From a virus (Duplodnaviria > Caudoviricetes), in the IMG/VR virus record IMGVR_UViG_3300020582_000014, positions 1 through 43,054 of that record: DNA of 43,054 bases, one strand, 5' to 3'. The number at the start of each line of letters is the position of its first letter. The stretch's first letter is position 1. Position numbers and translations under genes: made by a program. Shown here piece after piece: positions 35,837 through 43,054 of the stretch. The notes under the pieces were generated by a model. It was not told the DNA's origin and made no database searches. It saw only the letters and a list, made by a program, of their open reading frames with translations.

Positions 35837-36063
35837 ACGTCAAGATTTTTACCCTCGCCCATGTGCCGGAGAAGCTGCAGCAGGCGTGGCTGCAGCATCT
35901 TCGCGATTTCGACACGGCGCATCCCGGCTGTCATTTCGAGGTCGCGGTCGAAGGCCCCGACGTTTCGTTCGCCGACATCCTCAGACGCCTGACTGTCGAG
36001 CCGGGTTTGACCTTCACCAAAATCTACGAGCGAGCGAAATGGAAGCCGGGAGACGAGCCATGA
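35833..36063 (+). CDS. Hypothetical protein
   Basis: Coupled; WLQHLRDFDTAHPGCHF. Confidence 0.6.
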   Translation: MNVKIFTLAHVPEKLQQAWLQHLRDFDTAHPGCHFEVAVEGPDVSFADILRRLTVEPGLTFTKIYERAKWKPGDEP

Positions 36064-36287
36064 CGTCGCTGGCGATGTGGGCGGTGTACGACAACCCCAA
36101 AGACTATCCCGGCAAGTTCGTGGCACGGCGCTTTGAAGTTGATGCCACTGGCCCGAAGCCGACGGCGAGCATCATCGTCATGGATGATCTGGACGCGCTG
36201 CGCGATGTGCTTTGCTACGAGATGCATCTGACGTGCCTGTGCCGCAACGCAGAGGACGAACCGCAGATCGTGGAGACGTGGCTGTAA
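36060..36287 (+). CDS. Conserved hypothetical phage protein
   Basis: WAVYDNPKDYPGKFVARR...DEPQIVETW. Confidence 0.7.
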   Translation: MTSLAMWAVYDNPKDYPGKFVARRFEVDATGPKPTASIIVMDDLDALRDVLCYEMHLTCLCRNAEDEPQIVETWL

Positions 36288-36302
36288 GTCTTGGAGGGTG
36301 CA

Positions 36303-36539
36303 ATGACGGAATTGATTGTGATGCGGCTCGCCGACATGACGAAGTTTCACCCGGACCAGATCACCGCGAAATGCCACGGCTGCGGTCACGACGTCGCGGT
36401 CTATCCGTCTGGGCAAAAGGCCATGCGCCAATATCCCGGCATCAAGCTGATGTGTCAGGTCTGCAGGCAACCGGGTCCAGATGCCCTGCTCGCACCCGGT
36501 GCGGGATCAGAACCATCTCAGTCGACAAGAAAACAATGA
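36303..36539 (+). CDS. Zn-ribbon protein
   Basis: GGAGG RBS; CHGC...CQVC. Confidence 0.65.
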   Translation: MTELIVMRLADMTKFHPDQITAKCHGCGHDVAVYPSGQKAMRQYPGIKLMCQVCRQPGPDALLAPGAGSEPSQSTRKQ

Positions 36540-36580
36540 GCCTCGCGGGCCGCGATAACTTTTTGTTGCAGTCGCCAAAC

Positions 36581-36692
36581 CCTATAAAACAAGGTACTTG
36601 GCGCGCTTGATCGAGGCCGCGGCCTGTCCTTTTTGCGCGAATTCATGCAATCCAAAAATTCTTTGAAGTGCGTTTGAGCCTATAAAACAAGG
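36581..36692. repeat. 14-bp direct repeat in intergenic DNA
   Basis: CCTATAAAACAAGG at 36581-36594 and 36679-36692. Confidence 0.8.
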
Positions 36693-36770
36693 GGTCTCGC
36701 GCTCGGCTTTCCGACCTCGCTCGCAATTTCGAAAAACCGACCGTGGTATGATGCTCGTGCTTTGAAAAGC

Positions 36771-36804
36771 AAAAAAGGCCCGCACCCCATGTGGGGCGCG
36801 GGCC
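36771..36804 (-). terminator. Terminator of the late (fibre) transcript
   Basis: GGCCCGC.CCCCA / TGGGG.GCGGGCC hairpin plus U6 on the minus strand. Confidence 0.7.
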
Positions 36805-36831
36805 AGTATCTCTTCAACCACGGGAGGCAGG

Positions 36832-37254
36832 ATGCCAATGGCAAAGAGACAGACTGAAGAACAGGTCATCGCATCGCTCACGCGATGGAAGTCGAAACTC
36901 AAGCGGTCGATCACCATGATCGACAAGCTCGAAAGACAGTTGAAGCGAATGCAGAGGACGGCGCCAGCGAAGCCGAAGGGCGAACTGACGATCATCGAGT
37001 GGGGCGTGTCGGGGGTGCGCGAGATCGCGGAGCCGCCGAAGGTCGAGAAGGCCGAGATCGACACCTCGATCCCGTCGTTCCTCCAGCGCAACAAGGTCGA
37101 CCCGGTCGCCGACCAGATCAGGCAGGAACAGGCCGACCTCAAAAAGAAAAAGGCCGCCGGTCGCATCGCCAAGATGAAGGCGAAGCAGAGCGGCGAGACG
37201 CGGAAGATGCCGCTGACCGGGAAAGCCGCGCTCGCGGCGATCCGTGGCGAGTGA
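36832..37254 (+). CDS. Basic coiled-coil protein with IPSFLQR (FtsZ-tail-like) motif
   Basis: GGAGG RBS; extended -10 TGGTATGAT near 36744. Confidence 0.7.
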   Translation: MPMAKRQTEEQVIASLTRWKSKLKRSITMIDKLERQLKRMQRTAPAKPKGELTIIEWGVSGVREIAEPPKVEKAEIDTSIPSFLQRNKVDPVADQIRQEQADLKKKKAAGRIAKMKAKQSGETRKMPLTGKAALAAIRGE

Positions 37255-37488
37255 TCACGTCGCCTTGCGTCGAAACTCTTCAGGCGTCAGCGGCGGCGCG
37301 CCCTCCAGCGCGCGGATGCGGTTTTCGTGATCGTACAGCACGACGTCCTCGACCTGCGGCTGCGGCGTGGTGAGATACGCCACCACTTCAGGATCGTCGT
37401 CAGCCAAGAATTCTTCGGCAACACCGGGCTGCTCGTTTCCAAACAGACAGTCGATGTTGCCGAGTTGATTGCGTGCTACATAAGGCAT
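37255..37488 (-). CDS. Probable tail-fibre assembly/chaperone protein
   Basis: YVARN..G.I, EEFLADDDPEVVAYL; last gene of fibre cluster. Confidence 0.55.
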   Translation of the reverse strand: MPYVARNQLGNIDCLFGNEQPGVAEEFLADDDPEVVAYLTTPQPQVEDVVLYDHENRIRALEGAPPLTPEEFRRKAT

Positions 37489-37506
37489 CGCTCTAAATCC
37501 TCACGC

Positions 37507-38472
37507 TCATCGCATGCGCCGCGCTCGCAGGAAGCCTGCGGCGGTGCCACCATTCCCGCCGTTGTAGGTGACGTACCCGACAAGATAGATGGTCGTGTTC
37601 ACCGCGACCCTGATCTGGAACGGCGGGACCGCGAGGCTCATGCCGTAATAGGAAACGAAGGCCCCGCTGACGAACGTTGCCAAGTGCCCGACCGTGTTGT
37701 CGAGAGTTGCCGACGTCTGCGAGATGCTGATTTCGAAAGTCTGAATTGTCAGCGGTGAAAGATTAAGGAGGCCAATCGCGGAAACGTCCCAGTCGCCCGG
37801 TGTCAACGGGATCGAGGCGATGTTGAAGGACGCCCCGTTCGGAATGCCGACCGAAGGCGCGCTCGCCGAAAGGACTTCGCCGACCTCGCCAGCGGCAGCA
37901 GCACCGCCTGTCAGATCACCGGGCATGTGGCCCACGGGAGGCGAGCCGACTTTAGCCCACGGCTCCCAAGTGCCGTTGACCCTCGTTCGCACGTACATCC
38001 CGCTCGGGACCGCCGTGAGATCGATGGCGCGCTGCATCACATAGGCTGGGGCGCCCCCATAGGTCTGGACGTGCAGATACCACTGGCCGCCAGCCACCGG
38101 GCCGTTGGTGCTGGTGTTGTCATTGCAGGCATAGGTGCCGGGGGCGACGATGGTGTTGAGGTCGGTGCCGTTCGGAATAAGTTTGTCTTGGTTGACGAAA
38201 CCGGTCGTCGCCAGCTTCGTGGAGTTGTCGGCTATCGCTGGCGTCGGTGCATTCACCGGCCCTGTCAGCGTGCCGCCAGCAATCGGCAGCACCTTTGCCC
38301 ATGCGTTGTTCAGACGGCCATAGGCACTGCCATCGGATGGCGCATCGAACGCGCCTGCGCCGCCCGCGCCCCACTTCTCGCCGTCCCACGCATAGACCGG
38401 CACGCCAGCGATGGCGGGGTTCGGATAAGTCTGGCCAACCGAAGGCGAAGAAGGAAAGTCGAGCGCCATCAA
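37507..38472 (-). CDS. Secondary tail fibre / receptor-binding protein
   Basis: MALDFPSSP..WDGEKW, DAPSDGSAYGR, knob domain TDLNTIVAPGTY..GTWEPW, beta-sandwich tip. Confidence 0.75.
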   Translation of the reverse strand: MMALDFPSSPSVGQTYPNPAIAGVPVYAWDGEKWGAGGAGAFDAPSDGSAYGRLNNAWAKVLPIAGGTLTGPVNAPTPAIADNSTKLATTGFVNQDKLIPNGTDLNTIVAPGTYACNDNTSTNGPVAGGQWYLHVQTYGGAPAYVMQRAIDLTAVPSGMYVRTRVNGTWEPWAKVGSPPVGHMPGDLTGGAAAAGEVGEVLSASAPSVGIPNGASFNIASIPLTPGDWDVSAIGLLNLSPLTIQTFEISISQTSATLDNTVGHLATFVSGAFVSYYGMSLAVPPFQIRVAVNTTIYLVGYVTYNGGNGGTAAGFLRARRMR

Positions 38473-39788
38473 TAATACTCATCGATGATGATGATGCCGG
38501 AGCCGCCAGCGCCGCCGGGTGCGGAGTTGCTGGTGCCAGCGGCGCCGCCTGTTCCTCCCGCCGGGACCGAATAGGCGTAGCTCGCCGCCGGGTTGGCGAT
38601 CAGCTTTTCGCAGTAGCCGCCGGAGGCGCCGCTGTTGCCGCCCGTGGTGCCGCCGCCACCGCCGCCGCCAGCGCCGCTGCCCGGTGATGCGGGGCTACCG
38701 TTGCCACCGGGCCAGCCGCCGTAGCCGCCACCGCCCCATGGACCCGACGCGCCGATGCCGCCCTGAATGACTTGCGACGAACCACCCGGCCCCCATGCCA
38801 TGCCGGGGTTGCCCTGCTGGTTGATGTCGCCACCGCTGCAGGTGCCGCCGACAGCGGGCGCATTGCCGATGGTGCCGCCGTTGCCGCCGGGGCCTGCGGA
38901 GAGCGAACCGAACGTCGTCGCCGTGCTGACGCCGCCTGCGCCGCCGCCGGGGACACCGCCTGCGCCGCCGCCGCCGGGACCGACCAGACGGACGTTGATC
39001 GCCTTGCATCCGGCCTTCGTGGTGTAGGTGCCCGGTGGTCCGGCAGTGAGAACCGTGCGCGTCCACAATGCCGGTGAGTGTGACGAGGCGACCGCTGTAT
39101 CGACATAGGTCTTCGTTGTGGCATGCAGCGGCGCCGTCGGCGCACCTGACAGGGTCAACAGGCCCGTCATGGTGTCGCCAGCCTTCAGCAGATACGCCGT
39201 GAGGTCGGGCGCTTCAGGCTGCGGGCACGCGATCACCCACTGCGTCGAGGTGCCGTCGTTATAAAGAATATAGAGCGAGCCGGTGTCGCTCTCCCACCAC
39301 AGCGAATTATCCGGCGCGCCTGACGGCGGCGTGTCCGACACCAGCACTGAGGCGCCGCTGCCTCCCGAACCCGTGCCCCACGCTCCCCACACGCCTGCGT
39401 TTTTCTGGCGCAGATAAAGCTTGCCGTCGGTGACGTCGCGAGCCTCGACAAAGATATTGTCGTCGTCGGTGGCGTAGACGATGCCAGCAAACGCGTGGCC
39501 CGCAACCGGCGGATTGGTCGCGCCCGCGCTGGAAGAAAACGAGCCGCTCTCCCAGAGCATGCTGTCGAAGTTGGTGACAACCTGGCCCTTCTTCTCGGCG
39601 CTTAAATTGTCGAGCGCCTCGTCGGGCGTGGCTCCGCCGGTCCCGCCGCCGATGATCGGCGCTGGCGTATTGAGCACCTGTTCGAGGTCAGCAACGAACA
39701 GGTTATAGCGTGCGCTGTCGATGGTGGTGTTCGGTGCGCCGTCAGTCCCCGGTGGCGCATGATAGTGCCCACCTCCGTCGCGCGGCAT
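38469..39788 (-). CDS. Tail fibre 2 (virion anchor plus glycine-rich tip)
   Basis: MPRDG anchor, SDTPPS..LWWESDTG module, KAGDTMTG, GGX-rich C-domain ending GIIIIDEY. Confidence 0.8.
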   Translation of the reverse strand: MPRDGGGHYHAPPGTDGAPNTTIDSARYNLFVADLEQVLNTPAPIIGGGTGGATPDEALDNLSAEKKGQVVTNFDSMLWESGSFSSSAGATNPPVAGHAFAGIVYATDDDNIFVEARDVTDGKLYLRQKNAGVWGAWGTGSGGSGASVLVSDTPPSGAPDNSLWWESDTGSLYILYNDGTSTQWVIACPQPEAPDLTAYLLKAGDTMTGLLTLSGAPTAPLHATTKTYVDTAVASSHSPALWTRTVLTAGPPGTYTTKAGCKAINVRLVGPGGGGAGGVPGGGAGGVSTATTFGSLSAGPGGNGGTIGNAPAVGGTCSGGDINQQGNPGMAWGPGGSSQVIQGGIGASGPWGGGGYGGWPGGNGSPASPGSGAGGGGGGGTTGGNSGASGGYCEKLIANPAASYAYSVPAGGTGGAAGTSNSAPGGAGGSGIIIIDEYY

Positions 39789-39789
39789 T

Positions 39790-41019
39790 TTAGAAACCCA
39801 GCATTGGCATGTTGAAGCCGCTCGCCGGTTGAAGATAGGTGAACAAGTTGCCGCTGGCGCTGCCACCAGAGCTAGTGACGGTGACGCTGACGAGACCCGG
39901 AGCATGCGGCGGCGACACGCAGGTGATCGTGGTCGCGTTGACGACGACGACGCTGGTCGCGGCGATGCCGCCGAAGGTCACGCCAGTGATATTAGCGAAG
40001 TTGGTGCCGGTGATCGTGACCGGCGTGCCGCCTTGGGTGAAACCGCTGGTCGGAGAACAGCCACCTACGGTTGGCGCAGGCAGCGGCGTGTATGTCGCAG
40101 CGATGAAGCCTTGGAAGCCGCTTCCAGCGGGGGAGCTGGAGCCGCCGCCGCCACCGCCAGCACCATAGCCGCCACCAGCGCCGCCAGCCCCGCCAACTGC
40201 GCCGCCGCCACCACCACCGCCGCCGCAGCCGAAACCGCTGCCCCATTCATTACCGCCGCCGCCGTTGCCGCCATTCCCCGCAGCTACGGTATCGGCAGAG
40301 CCGCCAGCGCCCCCAGCGCCAGCATCGCCCGCGCCGCCAACGCCGCCAATCGTCTGATTAGCCGCCGCGCCAGATCGGCCCGCACCGCTTGGCCCACCGC
40401 AACCGCCGCCACCGCCTGCACCGGCTGCTGCTCTCAAGAACCCGCTGCCGCCGTTGCCGCCAGCCGCAGCATTGACGTTGCCAGTCCAAGTGTTGCCGCC
40501 CGAACCCGGATTAACTCCGCTGCCCGTTGAGCCGCCAGCGGCGACGACGGTGCCACCATTAAACGATGTACTGCCGCCGTTCTGATTTGCCCCGCCTGCC
40601 GCGCCCACGGCATAAGTGACGGTCGCAGGAAGAGCCAGATTGTTGGATCGAACCCACGCACCACCGCCACCACCGCCACCGCCTCCCGCGCTGCCGCCGC
40701 CGCCGTTGACGCCGCCAGCCCCGCCGCCGATGCAATCGATTGTCCCGGCGCTGCTCCAGCCCGGAAGTACGGTGTCTCGATTGAACGACGTGCCGGAAGT
40801 AAAAAATACGGTGACCGAGAGAACGACATCTGGTCGCGTCTGATGCGGCTGGCTGACGTAGGAGACGGCACGCTGTTGCCCGGTCGCGATCTGCTCAAAC
40901 TTGTGCCAGAGGCCAAGCGAGAGCGCGCCGATCACAAGCGTGCCAAGGAAAAGCTTCTTCAGCTTCCTGCCACGCAGACCCAGATAATCGTTCGGGTCCT
41001 TGAATAGGACCGTCGTCAT
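39790..41019 (-). CDS. Glycine-rich adhesin-like protein with C-terminal IPT/TIG domain
   Basis: Long GGX runs; PTVGGCSPTSGFTQGGTPVTITGTNF; hydrophobic N-terminal segment. Confidence 0.75.
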   Translation of the reverse strand: MTTVLFKDPNDYLGLRGRKLKKLFLGTLVIGALSLGLWHKFEQIATGQQRAVSYVSQPHQTRPDVVLSVTVFFTSGTSFNRDTVLPGWSSAGTIDCIGGGAGGVNGGGGSAGGGGGGGGGAWVRSNNLALPATVTYAVGAAGGANQNGGSTSFNGGTVVAAGGSTGSGVNPGSGGNTWTGNVNAAAGGNGGSGFLRAAAGAGGGGGCGGPSGAGRSGAAANQTIGGVGGAGDAGAGGAGGSADTVAAGNGGNGGGGNEWGSGFGCGGGGGGGGAVGGAGGAGGGYGAGGGGGGSSSPAGSGFQGFIAATYTPLPAPTVGGCSPTSGFTQGGTPVTITGTNFANITGVTFGGIAATSVVVVNATTITCVSPPHAPGLVSVTVTSSGGSASGNLFTYLQPASGFNMPMLGF

Positions 41020-41966
41020 TGCAGCGCCTTGAAGACTACGGTCGAAACGCCGTTGATGCGGCGCATCGAAAAGATGAACATGCTGCCGTTCGTCGTCGTA
41101 TACGGATCGCCGTAATTCGAGCCAACAACAAATCCTGTCATCGAGATGGCGCCAGCGTTTGGGCCATTGGTGATCAGAAGATCGACGGCGCAGTCAACGA
41201 TTGGCGGGGCGATTGAGAACGCACCGTTGTTGGTGATGTATTGATAATTGCCGAGCAGTGGGTTGAGCGTGAAGCTGCCGCTTGGCAGCGCATACGCCGC
41301 GACGGCGAAGCCGCCCGTGATGGTCTGGCCGCCAGCCACCAGCATGCACTGTCCGACGCCCTGATCGACGTAGTGCTTGGTGGCGGCGTCGAGCGGATTG
41401 GCGGGATCGACGGCGAGCGTCAACATGCCGGTCATGGTGTCGCCAGCTTTGGCGACCTTCTCAGTGTCGAGTTCAGCCAAGGCCGACTGCACGTTGGTCG
41501 ATGCGATGTTGCCGACCGGCGTCACGCTGATGCTGGTCGAGCCCGCAGCGGCGCCCCACGCGCCCCAGGCACCCGCGCTCTTCTGGCGCAGATAGAGTTG
41601 CTGTGTGGTGGTGTCGCGCGCTTCGATAAACATATTGTTGGCGTCGGCGGCGTAGCAGATGCCGGTGAAGGCATGCGCCGCGACGGGAGCGCCGGTCGCG
41701 GTCGCATCAGACCAGAACGAGCCAGCCTGTATCGGGTCGCTGTCGTAGTTCGTAACCTGCTGGTCGGCAAGCTCGCCGCCAAGGTTGGTCATCGCGTCGG
41801 TTTCGTTGGTCGCGCCCGTGCCGCCCGCGAGCACCGGGCGTGGATGGTTCAGGTCTTGCGCGATGTCGTCCACGAACGCGTTGTAGGGCGCGCTCGCGAT
41901 GGTGGTGTCTTCGACACCGTAGGTGCCGGGTGGCACGTTGTAGACGTCAGACCCGTCGCGCGGCAT
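41016..41966 (-). CDS. Tail fibre 1 (virion anchor plus adaptor domain)
   Basis: MPRDG anchor, STNVQSALAEL, KAGDTMTG, AATKHYVD. Confidence 0.8.
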   Translation of the reverse strand: MPRDGSDVYNVPPGTYGVEDTTIASAPYNAFVDDIAQDLNHPRPVLAGGTGATNETDAMTNLGGELADQQVTNYDSDPIQAGSFWSDATATGAPVAAHAFTGICYAADANNMFIEARDTTTQQLYLRQKSAGAWGAWGAAAGSTSISVTPVGNIASTNVQSALAELDTEKVAKAGDTMTGMLTLAVDPANPLDAATKHYVDQGVGQCMLVAGGQTITGGFAVAAYALPSGSFTLNPLLGNYQYITNNGAFSIAPPIVDCAVDLLITNGPNAGAISMTGFVVGSNYGDPYTTTNGSMFIFSMRRINGVSTVVFKALQ

Positions 41967-41975
41967 GGGCTCACC

Positions 41976-43054
41976 TCAGGGCAAATTGGTGGTGTCGATG
42001 ATCACGCGCCGGGGCGATGCGGTGTCGTCCTCGGACACCGGGACGCCCTGCGGTTCGCTGTACATTTGCATCAGTGTTCGAGCCATCGTGTCGCGTGGCG
42101 TCACACCGGGGTCGGGGAATAGGTCTTGGCCGGGGAGCGACTGCTCGAACATCGGCGAACGCTGCCGCGTTGCCTGTTGCACTTCACTCAGTGCTTCGGA
42201 TGTGCTTTTGCCGGTCGCTTTCTTCAGGGCCGCGCCGATGGCCGGGACCGCCATGCCAATCGCGCTTGAAGCGCCTTCTCCAAGCCCCAGCATGCGAGCG
42301 CCCGCACTGGAGAGCCCCATCGCAGCGCCCGCGCCAAGACCGCCGCCGCCGCCCATGAAGTTGCCGGTCCAACGTAGGATATTATTTCCTACGCTGCCTT
42401 CCGGCACCTGCTCCAGCATCGCCTCTTCTGCAGGCGTGAAACCCTTCAGCGCCTTAGCGTTGAGGATTGCGCTCGTAACTCTAGATCGAATGGAATTGTC
42501 GAGGTTCTGTCCTGAATTTGCAGAACGGGAGCGGAGACCGGCCTCGCGCTGGATGCGCTCAAGCTCGGCGTCACGCATGCCTGCGGAATAATTGCCTCGA
42601 CCTTCTTTGTAGATGGAGGCGCCGAGTGCGGCGCCGATTTGGTTGTCGAGCGATCCGGCACTCGCGGTGGCAGGGGCTCCAGCCAGAACAGCTTCCGCAG
42701 GAGGGTTCTCCAAGAAATCGTTGAACGCCCCGTGCGCCACTCCCACCCCGTGCTGGTTCTCGCCCGCTTGCCCGAATTTGTTGGCGATGTTTTTTCGGAT
42801 CGAGATGAGGTTGGCGGGGCCGACGCTGATGGTCGCGCTGGGGTCGTCACTGCGCGGGACGTAGTCGTTGAGACGACGGATCGATTGGTAAAGACCGGGG
42901 GCATCTTCGGGGAACACTCCTTCGTTGACGAGTTTCTGCTCGATCTGGGTTGCCAGCGTTCCCATATAGCTGGGGTCGTATTTGATATCCATGTTTTTGA
43001 AGGCTTCGATCTGGTCGCCGCCCTTAGCCAATAGTTCAGCACTGGACGGCGTCT
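41976..43054 (-). CDS. C-terminal part of the ejection protein that starts at 472
   Basis: Open from the right edge (TPSSAELLAKGG...); glycine-zipper hydrophobic C-terminal region; joined ORF 1530 nt. Confidence 0.8.
   Translation of the reverse strand, partial: TPSSAELLAKGGDQIEAFKNMDIKYDPSYMGTLATQIEQKLVNEGVFPEDAPGLYQSIRRLNDYVPRSDDPSATISVGPANLISIRKNIANKFGQAGENQHGVGVAHGAFNDFLENPPAEAVLAGAPATASAGSLDNQIGAALGASIYKEGRGNYSAGMRDAELERIQREAGLRSRSANSGQNLDNSIRSRVTSAILNAKALKGFTPAEEAMLEQVPEGSVGNNILRWTGNFMGGGGGLGAGAAMGLSSAGARMLGLGEGASSAIGMAVPAIGAALKKATGKSTSEALSEVQQATRQRSPMFEQSLPGQDLFPDPGVTPRDTMARTLMQMYSEPQGVPVSEDDTASPRRVIIDTTNLP
43034..43054. repeat. Terminal direct repeat, right copy
   Basis: 19/21 identical to 1-21. 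Confidence 0.9.

Larger units (their letters stand above)
1..43054. mobile_element. Complete temperate podovirus-type phage genome (circularly permuted)
   Basis: TerS/TerL, portal, scaffold, capsid, tail adaptor/hub, ejection proteins, fibres, CI/Cro, integrase and attP all present; no tape measure or sheath; no host genes; ends join in frame. Confidence 0.93.

Noticed and set aside
38500-40730. GCC/CCG-rich low-complexity repeats
   Set aside because: Explained by glycine codons of the GGX-rich fibre proteins
37507-41966. Diversity-generating retroelement or invertible fibre cassette
   Set aside because: No reverse transcriptase, no adenine-specific TR/VR pair, no inverted fibre fragments, and the serine recombinase is about 14 kb away
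41977-41988. CAGGGCAAATTG identical to 21807-21818
   Set aside because: Only 12 bp, lacks the second palindrome arm, lies in coding sequence and was found post hoc
1-43054. Terminal repeats as attL/attR; tRNA, rRNA or CRISPR arrays
   Set aside because: The repeats fall inside a virion gene and an intact attP is internal; no cloverleaf, rRNA-like or repeat-spacer pattern was seen by eye

Overview
The window appears to be one complete, circularly permuted genome (about 43,033 bp) of a temperate, short-tailed (podovirus-type, P22-like head/tail/ejection layout) phage. GC content and several regulator families point to an alphaproteobacterial host, probably Hyphomicrobiales (inference). The two ends share a 21-bp near-identical repeat and join in frame to rebuild one 509-aa ejection-protein gene. 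The minus strand carries Cro, DnaA-domain-IV, Gp157, Sak/Rad52, a DUF1376 initiator with its origin, a late regulator, TerS/TerL, portal, Ig-like decorations, scaffold, capsid, tail adaptor/hub, GNAT, ejection proteins and a five-gene fibre cluster. The plus strand carries several short operons (repressor; xis-attP-int; an HTH cluster; a serine-recombinase operon; genes starting inside terL) interleaved with the late genes. Most novel signals: (i) a portal-adjacent HhH-GPD glycosylase-like protein bracketed by a repeated MGxLAxQxxYxP peptide; (ii) a scaffold-like RxAIxxA(L/I/F) helix shared by several internal proteins; (iii) a 17-bp operator family at five loci, one inside terL; (iv) an Aca-like operon next to a parS-like site; (v) an FtsZ-tail-like peptide; (vi) duplicated fibre anchors; (vii) no recognisable endolysin. 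All family calls come from motif recognition by eye, not from database searches.
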